In this document: piece after piece, positions 29,420 through 39,161 of the stretch
Layout: each line of letters starts with the position of its first letter
Position numbering within the stretch: position 1 is the first letter of the stretch
Source: Candidatus Binatia bacterium
GTDB lineage: Bacteria > Desulfobacterota > Binatia > Bin18
Assembly: GCA_963664395.2 (NCBI GenBank)
Contig: OY761159.2
Coordinates: 1,824,001-1,888,000 of the forward strand
Length of the DNA stretch: 64,000 nucleotides
Reading direction: 5' to 3'
Position numbers and translations under genes: made by a program
The notes under the pieces: model-generated
The model's input: the letters and a program-made list of their open reading frames with translations, nothing else
What the model was told of the DNA's origin: nothing
The model's database searches: none

Positions 29420-30229
29420 ATGAGTGATTTCGATCCCACCCAGCGCGGATTTGTCAGCTATATTGACAAATCACGCGAGCATTATCTCGCCCAGGGCTAC
29501 AGTAATCCCTACCGCTGGGCGTCCCACCCGGACGCCCCGTTCACGCCGCTGACAAAACCGCTCGCTGAAAGCCGGGTCGCTCTGGTCACCACCGCGGCCC
29601 CGGATTTGCAAGGCGGGCGGAAGCGCAGCCTGTATGCCGCGGCCACCCGACCGGTGCCCGCGGCGCTCTACACCCGGCATCTGTCGTGGCACAAAACGGC
29701 TACCCATACCGACGATGTCGAAACCTTCCTGCCTGTTCGCCGCTTAAATGAATACGGGGCCGAAGGCCGGCTCGGCAGCCTGTCGCCGCGCTTCTATGGC
29801 GTGCCCACGGTCTATAGTGTGCGCCAGACTGTGCACGAGGATGCCCCGGCCGTGCTCGACTTCTGTCGTGAGGATGGGGTCGATATTGCCCTGCTGGTCG
29901 CCCTGTGACCGGTGTGTCACCAGACCGTGAGTCTGGTCGCCCGACATCTGGAGACGCAGGGCATCCCAACGGTCGTCCTCGGCTCGGCGCGCGATATTGT
30001 TGAGCAGTGCGGCGTGCCGCGTTTTGTCTTTACCGACTTTCCCCTCGGCAATCCATGCGGCAAGCCCGACGACAAGGACATGCAGCGAGCTATCGTCGGG
30101 ATGGCGCTCGACCTGCTTGAGACCGCGCGCTATCCGCGCACGACGCTACAAACGCCCTTTCAGTGGGACGAAACCGGCGAGTGGCGCGAGACGTATATGG
30201 AGCTTGCTGAGGACACGCAAGCGGCGTAG
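29420..30229 (+). CDS. GrdB/PrdB-like selenoprotein with UxxC (in-frame TGA 29906-29908 read as Sec)
   Basis: The two track ORFs are in one frame, separated only by TGA-CCG: ALLVAL-U-PVCHQTVSLVARHLE..GIPTV; SECIS-like hairpin downstream. Confidence 0.82.
29909..29951 (+). promoter_or_regulatory. Bacterial SECIS-like stem-loop
   Basis: ACCAGAC-cgtga-GTCTGGT 7-bp upper stem; 17 nt between UGA and loop; G at loop position 2; extendable lower stem. Confidence 0.75.
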
Positions 30230-30236
30230 GGCTATA

Positions 30237-30338
30237 ATGAAGTACAAAGTTGTAACGACGCCATCACGTGAAGAACTGCAACGACGAGATGAGAAGTGGA
30301 GTGAGGAGAGAGGAGTTCAACAGATCAGAGGTGGCTGA
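30237..30338 (+). pseudogene. Possible degenerate RelE/ParE toxin N-terminus
   Basis: MKYKVVTTPSREEL...W.EER...Q resembles ParE starts; only 33 codons. Confidence 0.4.
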
Positions 30339-30374
30339 ACAGGCTTGACATTGTAATAAAAGGAGAAACTAGAA

Positions 30375-31184
30375 ATGGCGGGGAATACAAAAATTTCCCT
30401 CCGCATCCGGGGGCCAGATAATGATGACGGGCACGTTCGGTTTGATGATTTTATAAGCCAACTTGCCTCTATTAGAAAGGCACTGGTTGTTACTGACCAT
30501 ACTGTCTCAGATAAAGCCTCGACTTATTTTCGTGTCGTTGATCTTCAGCATAACAGCCCAGCTCTGGTTGTATTAGAAGCGGTTCCTATCCGTCCAGCAC
30601 TCGATAATTCAGAGAAAGTTGTTGGCAGATTTTTTCGCAGCCTTGGGGACATAGAACGAGGCGTTGCCCCAGACGGATTCGGCTTTTCCGACTTTCAAGC
30701 GTTTAAGGAAGTCACGAACTTATTGGACAAGGATAGGATAACCGAGTTAGTTATCTCTCGTGACTCAGAGCAGACAAAACGATTGACGTCCCTGTCTCCG
30801 CAGATAGAAAAAATACTGGGACCGGATGAGTACGAGATCGGTTCAGTAACTGGAATGCTAGAGCAGATTAACGTCCATGCAAATCAGAATGTGTTTACGA
30901 TTTATCCAACTTCGAAAAGGCGGAAACTTCGATGTATCTTCCCCTCCCATCTCCGCCCTCAAGCGACTCAGGCGGTTGACCAATATGTAAGGGTATATGG
31001 ACGTATGAAGTATAAGTCGCACCTTGAGGAGAAGGAACCGTATGAGATGATTGTAAAGGACCTGGAAGTACACATCCCTGAGGCAGAATTGCCGACTCTC
31101 GGGTCACTAAGGGGCATAGCAAGCGGTACAGGTGAGGGCACTCCAAGTGAGGATCTCGTACAGAGAGTCCGCCATGAGTGGTAA
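30375..31184 (+). CDS. Hypothetical protein (possible OB-fold-like C-terminus), partner of the PIN gene
   Basis: AGGAG RBS; 269 aa; AT-richer than flanks; 11-nt overlap with the next gene. Confidence 0.75.
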   Translation: MAGNTKISLRIRGPDNDDGHVRFDDFISQLASIRKALVVTDHTVSDKASTYFRVVDLQHNSPALVVLEAVPIRPALDNSEKVVGRFFRSLGDIERGVAPDGFGFSDFQAFKEVTNLLDKDRITELVISRDSEQTKRLTSLSPQIEKILGPDEYEIGSVTGMLEQINVHANQNVFTIYPTSKRRKLRCIFPSHLRPQATQAVDQYVRVYGRMKYKSHLEEKEPYEMIVKDLEVHIPEAELPTLGSLRGIASGTGEGTPSEDLVQRVRHEW

Positions 31185-31692
31185 TGATGATCTTGTATAT
31201 TTTGACTCATGTATCTTCATCGCTCACCTCAAGAGTGAAAACCGCCATGACCCTAACGATATGGCAGGCGTTAATGAACTCGTGGACAAGATCGATCGTT
31301 CAGAAATTCAGCTTGTAACTTCTGTTCTTTCATTTTCGGAGGTCTTAGAGAGTGGTGTCCCGACCAATACCCGGGAGCAGTTTAAGCTATTGTGGGGGCG
31401 GCGCAATTGCCATCTTGTAGATGTGAGTAGAGAAATTGCCGAGATTGCTCACAATATTCGAGACTACTATCGGAGACAACAAGACGGCCTACCTACTCTT
31501 ACAACGCCCGATGCCCTTCACCTAGCAACGGCGATTTCCTTTGGCTGCGCGCGACTCTATACGTTCGACCAAAATGACGAACCTGGAAGAAGAAGGGGGC
31601 TGATCCCCCTTAGCCCAACAATTGCGGGGCAGTATACTCTGACTATCAAAAAACCTGCCCCGGAAGGGGATCAAGCCCCGTTATTTCCATAA
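31174..31692 (+). CDS. PIN-domain (VapC-like) nuclease
   Basis: YFDSCIFI, TSVLSFSEVL, DALHLATA, YTFD acidic tetrad. Confidence 0.85.
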   Translation: MSGNDDLVYFDSCIFIAHLKSENRHDPNDMAGVNELVDKIDRSEIQLVTSVLSFSEVLESGVPTNTREQFKLLWGRRNCHLVDVSREIAEIAHNIRDYYRRQQDGLPTLTTPDALHLATAISFGCARLYTFDQNDEPGRRRGLIPLSPTIAGQYTLTIKKPAPEGDQAPLFP

Positions 31693-31754
31693 TAAAGAAT
31701 GTATGGACTAGACTATCGTGAAATAGTTCTAGGGCTACTCTCTCCTCCCGGTCG

Positions 31755-33059
31755 CTATCCGGTCCGGTCCAGCACATGCTCGCGCAGGGTCGTGCCCGTG
31801 TAGTCGTTTCGATATACCCCGCGTTTCTGGAGTTCCGGGACGAGGAGATTCACCAGCTCTGCATAATAGTCGGGCGCGTAAAACGGTGGCGTAATCTGAA
31901 AGCCGTTGCCGCCGCCCGCTTCGAGGAAGTGCTGCATGGCGTCCGCCACCTGCGCAGGGGTGCCGACCAAGGGATTGGTATCGCTGCCGGCCAGATACGT
32001 TTTCGCAATATCACGCAGCGTGATGTTCTCATCGTATTTTTGATACATCTCAAACAAGCCTCGCGTACCGGGCACGTCCAGGTCCTGGACCGGCACGTCA
32101 AGGGCAAACTGAGACAGGTCGAGATCAAAATGCATCGACATTTGGGCCAAAGACGCTTCGAGCGGAATCCGGGCGCGAATGGCGGCATAGCGTTCACGCG
32201 CTTCCGACTCGCTGTCTGCCACGAGCGGCTGGCCGGCCCACATGATGGGGATGTCGTTCGGATTACGCCCCAGGCGTTCTGCCCGGCTGGCAATATCCTC
32301 ACAAAATGCCCGCATCTGCTTGACGCCGCGAGCGGCACTGAAGATACCCTCGGCGTGTTGGGCGGCAAAGGCCCGCCCACGGTCCGACTGGCCGGCCTGA
32401 AACAGAAACGGACGCCGGCGGACAGAGGGCATCACCGTAAATGGTCCCTGGGTCTTATACCACTGCCCCTGAAAATCGACCCGGTGGACTTTGGACGGAT
32501 CGGCAAAGACCTTATGCTCCATGTCCATCTGCACCGCATCCGCGTCCCAACTGTTCCACAGGCCGTGACAGACCTGCATATACTCGTCGGCGCGCTCATA
32601 GCGGTCGTTGTGCGCCGGCAGGCTGTCCATACCGAAGTTTTTCGCCTCGGCCGTTGAGGTCGAAGACACGATATTCCAGCCAATCCGCCCTTGGGTGAGA
32701 TGGTCGAGCGTCGATAAAGTCCGGGCCAGCAGAAACGGCGGGTAAAAGGTCGTGGACATGGTGACGGCAAAGCCGAGTTTTTTGACCACCGCCGAGAGAT
32801 AGGTCACCAGAGAGACCGGGTCGTGACTGGGGAATTGGATCGCATAGCGCACTTGATCGGGTTGCGTTCCACCAGCCAGGCTATCCGCGAAAAACAGCAT
32901 GTCGAACTTGCCGCGCTCCAGCGTGTGCACCACGGATTCCCAGTATTCGCCCTCGTACCACTTGTGACGGATTTTCTCACGCGGATAGATCCAGGACAGC
33001 GGCATATGCGGAGCTGGGGTAAAAAGCGCGAAGCCGGCAAGATGGATTTGCTTGGGCAT
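31755..33059 (-). CDS. NtaA/DmoA/SoxA family FMN-dependent monooxygenase
   Basis: ERGKFDMLFFAD, TLDHLTQGRIGWNIV, FQAGQS.RG..FAA.HAE, VPELQ.RG.YR.DY.G.TLRE. Confidence 0.9.
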   Translation of the reverse strand: MPKQIHLAGFALFTPAPHMPLSWIYPREKIRHKWYEGEYWESVVHTLERGKFDMLFFADSLAGGTQPDQVRYAIQFPSHDPVSLVTYLSAVVKKLGFAVTMSTTFYPPFLLARTLSTLDHLTQGRIGWNIVSSTSTAEAKNFGMDSLPAHNDRYERADEYMQVCHGLWNSWDADAVQMDMEHKVFADPSKVHRVDFQGQWYKTQGPFTVMPSVRRRPFLFQAGQSDRGRAFAAQHAEGIFSAARGVKQMRAFCEDIASRAERLGRNPNDIPIMWAGQPLVADSESEARERYAAIRARIPLEASLAQMSMHFDLDLSQFALDVPVQDLDVPGTRGLFEMYQKYDENITLRDIAKTYLAGSDTNPLVGTPAQVADAMQHFLEAGGGNGFQITPPFYAPDYYAELVNLLVPELQKRGVYRNDYTGTTLREHVLDRTG

Positions 33060-33176
33060 GGCCGAATCCTCATGAAAGAGACACGAACTTTTACGCTACA
33101 GTACTGCGTTGATGGCGGCCTTGTCGAGCGTCTGTCAAGTGTTGCTCTGAACAACGAACAGTTTTATGCTGAGCGC

Positions 33177-33539
33177 ATGGCACGTAAAAGACACCCAAGG
33201 CGGATTCAACGCAAACGCACGAAGGACTGGAAGATGCCGAAAAACGCCGTCTATGTCGGACGGCCCGGCAAGTGGGGCAATCCGTTCTTTCGCCTCAAGG
33301 AAAAAACAGACATGGCCACAGACCGGGGCTTTCTTGTTGCCGTGTACAAGCTGTGGCTGAATGACCAATTGGTCCCAGGGCTGGCAGCGCTTTTTCAGAG
33401 CGGCGACACGCTCCCGCCCCCGCCTTCACGGGAGACCATTCAACAACAATTCAAAGGGAAGAATCTTGCCTGCTGGTGTCCGCTGGATGATGACTGCCAT
33501 GCGGATGTGCTGCTCGCAATCGCAAACGAGGGAGGATGA
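33177..33539 (+). CDS. DUF4326-like protein
   Basis: RIQRKRTK.WKMP.NAVYVGRPGKWGNPF, GKNLACWCP...CHADVL. Confidence 0.85.
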   Translation: MARKRHPRRIQRKRTKDWKMPKNAVYVGRPGKWGNPFFRLKEKTDMATDRGFLVAVYKLWLNDQLVPGLAALFQSGDTLPPPPSRETIQQQFKGKNLACWCPLDDDCHADVLLAIANEGG

Positions 33540-33555
33540 TAAACAGTCGCTCCAG

Positions 33556-33792
33556 TTACCACCACCCCAGCTCAAACGTATGGATGGCGCGCCGCTTGTA
33601 GTCGTAGAGAGACGTGCCACAAAATCCACACCGCAGCGAAGACCACACCGAGCGCGGGCGAATCGCCGCATGGAGTGGCTTCATATAGTTCTGGTTATCT
33701 TCCAGCAGATCCGCGGTGAGTGCCCAACGCGTTATTTCATATAGCGCATAACCGCACGTCGGCTCTGGGCAGGTCAGGATCATCCCGGCCAT
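33556..33792 (-). CDS. Small Zn-ribbon-like hypothetical protein
   Basis: CPEPTC ... CGFCG; 78 aa; start uncertain. Confidence 0.55.
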   Translation of the reverse strand: MAGMILTCPEPTCGYALYEITRWALTADLLEDNQNYMKPLHAAIRPRSVWSSLRCGFCGTSLYDYKRRAIHTFELGWW

Positions 33793-33838
33793 AAATGGCC
33801 GATTCGACGCTACACCAACCAAATTATTGCACGCCCTT

Positions 33839-34612
33839 TTACTTGGCTGCGCCAAGTCGTTCCTGCAAACGATTCATGCCTTTGATCCAGCGATCATAGT
33901 CTCCGGTTTTGCGACGCATATATTCCAGGACTTGGGGATGCGGCAAAATCAGAAAACGTTCCTCCCGGAGGCCCTCGACAACAACCTCAGCCAACTCCTC
34001 CGGCTCCATCAAACCGTCAACACTCGCCGCTTGGGTACTCTCATTATTCTCAAGCATCGGAGTTCTGACCGCTTGCGGACACAGCAGTGAGACCTTAATG
34101 CCTTGATGCGCGTGCGTCAGCGCCAACCACTCACCAAAGCCGACCGCGGCATGTTTGGCCACGCCATAGGAGGCCGAACCGATCTGATTGAGCAAACCCG
34201 CGGCAGAGGCGGTATTCAGCAGATAGCCCCCACCACGGGCAATCATGCGCGGCACCAGCGTGCGGGCGGCATAGATGTGTGACATGACGTTGACATCCCA
34301 GCTCTTCTGCCAGACCCCGTCCGAGGTTTCCACGCCACCGGTCACAGCAATGCCGGCATTGGAACAGAACAGATCGATCGGGCCGATGTCATGCTCGGTG
34401 TGGTCAATCACGTTCAGGATGTCACTCTCTTTGGAGACATCGGCCGTCATTGCGACCGAGCCAAGCTCAGCCGCGACTTCAGCCGCTCCGCCGGCATTCA
34501 TGTCCACCACAACCACTGCCCGCGCGCCCTCGGCCGTAAAGCGCCGACACAGCGCTTTGCCAATACCACTCGCCCCACCTGTGACAACGATGATTTTATC
34601 TTTGAGTTCCAC
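33839..34612 (-). CDS. SDR family oxidoreductase
   Basis: TGGASGIG, SNAG, YGVAK; GTG start preceded by GAGG. Confidence 0.9.
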   Translation of the reverse strand: MELKDKIIVVTGGASGIGKALCRRFTAEGARAVVVVDMNAGGAAEVAAELGSVAMTADVSKESDILNVIDHTEHDIGPIDLFCSNAGIAVTGGVETSDGVWQKSWDVNVMSHIYAARTLVPRMIARGGGYLLNTASAAGLLNQIGSASYGVAKHAAVGFGEWLALTHAHQGIKVSLLCPQAVRTPMLENNESTQAASVDGLMEPEELAEVVVEGLREERFLILPHPQVLEYMRRKTGDYDRWIKGMNRLQERLGAAK

Positions 34613-34632
34613 GCCCAGCCTCCTCTGCAACC

Positions 34633-35757
34633 TCAGCCCAACTGATACACCCGGGCGGCATTACCACCAACAATCTTGGCCCACTCTTCTTCAGTGCAGT
34701 CGGCCAGCAGGTCGCTGAGAAACTCCTGGCTCTTGGGAAAAGTCGATTCCTGATGAGGGTAATCGGAGCCCCACAACAGGCTGTCCACGCCAATGACCGC
34801 CCGGTCGCGAATACCCATCTGGTCTTCCTGAAAACTCAAAAAGACGTGGCGATGAAAGAACTCACTCGGCAGGACAGCCTCTTTGAAGCGTGCCCCGGCA
34901 ATCTCCCGCGCGCGCTGAGTGTAATTGTAATCCATGCGGTCAAGGAAGTGCGGCACCCATGACAGCTCCATTTCTACCGATCCGACTTGGAGTTTGGGAT
35001 AGCGTTCAAACACGCCGCTAAAAATCATGTCGGTCAGGCATACCCGTGGCCAGTGATCCAGATTGACAAAAAAGGAGGGCTTGGCCGCATCCAAAAGGAG
35101 GGCTCCAGGGTCATTCGGGTCAGGCCGATTGGTGGTCACATGCAGGCTGATGGGCAGGGCTAAGTCCTGGGCCGCAGCCCAGACGGGTTCGTATTCCGGT
35201 CTGTCGTAGCTCCTGCCGCTCAAGGGCTGAATGGTAACCATGATGCCGCGATGCCCCTGTTTGGCGCAGCGTTCCATTTCCTTGACCCCCGACGGGATAT
35301 CGTCGAGGTTGATCATGGCGATCCCCCTGAGACGGTCCGGAAAGGTGTCGCAGAACTCGGCCAGCCAGTCGTTATAGGCTCGAAACAAGACGGTCAGTAA
35401 CTCGCTGTCCTGAATCCGCTGGTAGAGTTGCAGACCAACGGTTGGATACACCAGCCCCATGTCTATGCCATCGACGTCCATATCTTTGATGTGCTCTTCG
35501 GGGATGTACGCGCCGAGCCGGATATTCTCCACTTTATCCTTAAAGCTCAGGCTGTCCGGGTCCTCGAAGCGCAGGCCGGCCTGGGCGCCGGCCGCCGCGG
35601 TCTGGATTTTGATGCCCTCGCAATACCACCAGTCGTCGCCTTCCTCCGGGATTACCCGTGGGGCGCGCTCGCGAAATTTTTTGTCAAGCCGAGTCGTCCA
35701 CAGGTCGAGAGGCTCATAAATGTGATCGTCCGACGAAATAACTTTGTGCTTTTGCAT
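34633..35757 (-). CDS. Amidohydrolase_2 family protein
   Basis: ISSDDH, AYNDWL.EFC, SLH, GVFER.PKL, WGSDYPH. Confidence 0.9.
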   Translation of the reverse strand: MQKHKVISSDDHIYEPLDLWTTRLDKKFRERAPRVIPEEGDDWWYCEGIKIQTAAAGAQAGLRFEDPDSLSFKDKVENIRLGAYIPEEHIKDMDVDGIDMGLVYPTVGLQLYQRIQDSELLTVLFRAYNDWLAEFCDTFPDRLRGIAMINLDDIPSGVKEMERCAKQGHRGIMVTIQPLSGRSYDRPEYEPVWAAAQDLALPISLHVTTNRPDPNDPGALLLDAAKPSFFVNLDHWPRVCLTDMIFSGVFERYPKLQVGSVEMELSWVPHFLDRMDYNYTQRAREIAGARFKEAVLPSEFFHRHVFLSFQEDQMGIRDRAVIGVDSLLWGSDYPHQESTFPKSQEFLSDLLADCTEEEWAKIVGGNAARVYQLG

Positions 35758-35923
35758 ATGCTCCCTCCTTACGGAAACGGGCTGTTCTGTCCGCATTATC
35801 TGTCTGGAGGGACAATCTTGTCAATCGAGAGTGGGAAAATTCTGTCTCATGCCTTCATTGACCTTTTGGTCCTGCGGCGCTACAGGGAATCTTAGGGATC
35901 AATATTCTTTACAGGAGGAGACT

Positions 35924-36286
35924 ATGGAACTCAAAGTGACCCGTTGGAATAAACCCGAACCACCCACGCAGTCAGAGTTGGCCCGCGCCATGGAGGCCGA
36001 AGGGCTGGCTGCCTATGTCGAAGACGATGAACCCAACCATTCCTATGAGGCGCATATCCACCCGAATGATGAGGTGCTCGTTGCCGTCCTGGGTGAGATC
36101 ACGCTGGGTGTCGGAGACCAGAAGTGGGTGCTCAAACCCGGCGATCGACTCGACCTCCCAGCCAACACGCTGCACTGGGCCGCAACTCCATCAACCGGCC
36201 CGATCCGTTTACTGGGCGCGAGTATTGGAGACAAGCCCGACCCGACCCGAGCAGACCGTTCGGAGGCAACCCGCGCACATCCGTAA
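35924..36286 (+). CDS. Cupin domain protein
   Basis: AGGAGG RBS; HIHPNDE...LKPGDRLDLPANTLH. Confidence 0.8.
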   Translation: MELKVTRWNKPEPPTQSELARAMEAEGLAAYVEDDEPNHSYEAHIHPNDEVLVAVLGEITLGVGDQKWVLKPGDRLDLPANTLHWAATPSTGPIRLLGASIGDKPDPTRADRSEATRAHP

Positions 36287-36309
36287 GACAGCGCACAGAA
36301 AGGACTCCC

Positions 36310-36711
36310 ATGCCGGCTCGAACCCCTCAGGAAGTTGAAGACCTCTTCCCGAAGGCAATGAACGCCCGCGACATTGACGCGATGCTGGCGCTCTACGAGC
36401 CGGACACGGTATTCGTGCCCGAACCAGGACAGGCTCCGGTCCAAGGAGAGCAGGCTTTACGCGCGCACCTGCGCACGTTTACCGAGGCACATCCTGAGCT
36501 ATCGACTGAGGTCATACACGTCGTGCAGGCTGGCGATATCGCCCTGTCCTGGATTCCCTGGAGTATGAAGCGCACGAGAGCCGACGGTACGCAAGAAACC
36601 ATCTCTGGCCGGGCCGTCAATGTCGTGCGCCGCCAGCCTGACGGCACCTGGCGCACGCTGATCGACAATCCGTTCTTCGAGGCATACTGGGAAACACCAA
36701 CCGAGTCGTAG
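36310..36711 (+). CDS. SnoaL/DUF4440 (YybH-like) protein
   Basis: DIDAMLALYEPD, GDIAL, VRRQPDGTW...DNP. Confidence 0.82.
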   Translation: MPARTPQEVEDLFPKAMNARDIDAMLALYEPDTVFVPEPGQAPVQGEQALRAHLRTFTEAHPELSTEVIHVVQAGDIALSWIPWSMKRTRADGTQETISGRAVNVVRRQPDGTWRTLIDNPFFEAYWETPTES

Positions 36712-36724
36712 ATGCTCCGCAGGG

Positions 36725-37918
36725 CTACTTCATCGGTGGCGGAATCTCATGCGGATCGAGGTCCAGTTCTAGCGACCCGAGGCTGGACAGGCAGAAATCG
36801 CTGGGCGGAAACTGAATGGCCCCGACCGTGCCATCCCGGAACAGCCGTTCCAGCGGCGAACTCTTAAACAGAGTATGCGCGCCGCCGAGGGTCAGGGCGT
36901 TGCGCCCGATGCGAGCCACAGCTTCGCCAACCAGATATTTCGCGCGGTAGAGGGCCGCGACAGCATTCTGCGTCGGGCCCTCGGTATCGCTCAACCACGC
37001 CGAGTGGTACACACTCAGTCGCGCCGATTCGAGGTCCGCGTTCATCTCAGCAATCTTGCGCCGCACGTCAGGATGATAAGCCATGGCTTGGGTAAAGCCC
37101 TTCGGCACCCGCTCCTGAACGACCTTCAGGATTTCTGTGTAAATAGCAGCGGCCACACCCAAATAGACCGCCGTATACGAGGCCCAAAACCAGTTGGCCC
37201 CCCGCGCAATTGAAGGAAAGAAATCGTCCGTGTCAAAAACAACCGCCTCTTCCGGCACAAAGCAGTCTTCCAAAAGCAAACAATCACTCCGTGTCCCACG
37301 CATCCCCAAGACATCCCATACGTGTTCTATGGTTTGCCCTGGGGCGTCACGCGGGACCAGAAAAACTATCGCCGCTCCGGGAGTTGTCGCGTCCTCACGG
37401 CGCGCTGGCACCGCCCGAAAGTCGGCCGCACCGACCATGGAAGAAAACATCTTCTTGCCGTTTATGACAAAGCCGCCTTCCACTTGTCTCGCCTGTGTAG
37501 CAGGGGCATACGAAGCCAACAGCGCAGACGTTGACGCCTCAGAAGTCGAGCCGGCAACAAGTATATTGCCATTCACCACCCAGTCTGCTACGCGTTGCTT
37601 GACATCAGATTCAATTTCAATATTTTCCATCAGATAGCCGACCCAGGCCAAATGCATATTGAACGACAGAGCCGTGGCCGGGCAGCCTTGGGCAATCTGT
37701 TCCATTGCGAGCGAGTGGCCGAATAGCTTTTCACCCCAGCCTCCCAAGTCTTTGGGGATATTGAGAGTGTGAAACCCGGCCTCACGCAGCAAAGCATAAT
37801 TCTCAACCGGATTGGTCGCCTCGCGATCGTGCTCAGCCGCCCTGGTTGCAAAGTCTGTCGCCAGTTCCTGGCACTGGGCTTGAATGCGCTTGTGGTGTGT
37901 CGTCAGCTCAAAATTCAT
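36725..37918 (-). CDS. Acyl-CoA dehydrogenase family flavoprotein
   Basis: FNMH, INGKKMFSS, WDVLGMRGTRS, LERLFRD. Confidence 0.88.
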   Translation of the reverse strand: MNFELTTHHKRIQAQCQELATDFATRAAEHDREATNPVENYALLREAGFHTLNIPKDLGGWGEKLFGHSLAMEQIAQGCPATALSFNMHLAWVGYLMENIEIESDVKQRVADWVVNGNILVAGSTSEASTSALLASYAPATQARQVEGGFVINGKKMFSSMVGAADFRAVPARREDATTPGAAIVFLVPRDAPGQTIEHVWDVLGMRGTRSDCLLLEDCFVPEEAVVFDTDDFFPSIARGANWFWASYTAVYLGVAAAIYTEILKVVQERVPKGFTQAMAYHPDVRRKIAEMNADLESARLSVYHSAWLSDTEGPTQNAVAALYRAKYLVGEAVARIGRNALTLGGAHTLFKSSPLERLFRDGTVGAIQFPPSDFCLSSLGSLELDLDPHEIPPPMK

Positions 37919-38058
37919 ACGCTCCCCTTTGCTCTGCTCGGATGCTAGTCTTCGTCATGCACCACAGTCAAGAGAAAAACGCTTTAGCTATCGTCCCCGG
38001 TCGTGGTAAGAGACAGGAATGCAGGCGATGATTTCAGATGATCTCACAGGAGGAGCGC

Positions 38059-38874
38059 ATGGGTATCGTTGATTTTTCTTTAGACGGCAAAGTCGCCATT
38101 GTGACAGGTGGTTCAAAAGGCATCGGACGGGCGATTGCATTGGCTTTTGCAGAACATGGCGCCGATCTTGTTCTTGCCGCGCGCAGACCGGAAGCACTAG
38201 AGCGAGCGAAACAGGATGTCGCCGCGACGGGCCGCCGCGTTTTGACCGTACAGGCAGACATGTCGATCAGCGCGGACTGCGACAAGCTGTATCAGGCAAC
38301 GATTAAGGAGTTCGGCGGTGTCGACATCCTGGTCAATAACGCCGCCGGCGTTTCACTGGTGACCCTGGCCGAGGAAAACGAAGCGGATTTCCTCAGAGTC
38401 ATGAAGACCAATGTCTGGTCGCCGCTGCATTTGGCCCGCTTGTGTCGGGAGTCCATGCGCCAGCGCGGCGGGGGCGCGGTGATTAACATCACGTCAAATG
38501 AGGGTGTCCGGCCGTCCATGGGCATCGGCACGTATGCCCTGTCCAAGGCGGCCCTCATCAATATGGCCCAACTCTTGGGCAAGGAATGGGCGGCCGATAA
38601 AATTCGGGTGACCTGTATCGCGCCGGGTCTGATCCGGACTGACCTGGCAAAGGAATTGGTCGAAGCGGTTGAGACCAGTGGCTCTCCGATCAACCCGCAG
38701 AAGCGGGTAGGCGAACCACACGAAATCGCCGGTTTGGCCGTATTTCTGGCCAGCCCGGCCGGGGCCTTTGCGACCAGTATGACCTATGTGGTTGACGGCG
38801 GTGAGATCAGTGCCGGGCCGGGCGATGTGGTGGTGATGACAGCCGAGGAAACGGTCGCGCAGAGGAAGGACTGA
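38059..38874 (+). CDS. SDR family oxidoreductase
   Basis: TGGSKGIG, NNAA, YALSK. Confidence 0.9.
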   Translation: MGIVDFSLDGKVAIVTGGSKGIGRAIALAFAEHGADLVLAARRPEALERAKQDVAATGRRVLTVQADMSISADCDKLYQATIKEFGGVDILVNNAAGVSLVTLAEENEADFLRVMKTNVWSPLHLARLCRESMRQRGGGAVINITSNEGVRPSMGIGTYALSKAALINMAQLLGKEWAADKIRVTCIAPGLIRTDLAKELVEAVETSGSPINPQKRVGEPHEIAGLAVFLASPAGAFATSMTYVVDGGEISAGPGDVVVMTAEETVAQRKD

Positions 38875-38915
38875 AGAACGAGTATTTCTAGCGTCTGTTG
38901 TATAGAGGCCGACGG

Positions 38916-39152
38916 CTAACCCAACGCTTGCCGAATGACGCCGGCCACACGCTCCTGTTCTTGCGGCACCTCCGTGGGCTCAACCGGAATCGGCAATCGA
39001 TCCAGCTCGTCTTTGATGACGCCGGTAAGTATCTCTGCCTCACGGGCCGAGAGCTGCCACTGGGCAACGATATCCTCAGGGCTCCACTGGACGACCTGCC
39101 GAAAGCCGTAATCGGCCACCGCTTTATTGGTAATCTCGATTAACTTGTCCAT
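38916..39152 (-). CDS. Small helical protein, NHLP-leader/LigA-like pattern
   Basis: GGGG RBS; KAVADYGFRQ....PE.......LSAREAEIL. Confidence 0.6.
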   Translation of the reverse strand: MDKLIEITNKAVADYGFRQVVQWSPEDIVAQWQLSAREAEILTGVIKDELDRLPIPVEPTEVPQEQERVAGVIRQALG

Positions 39153-39161
39153 ACATCCCCC

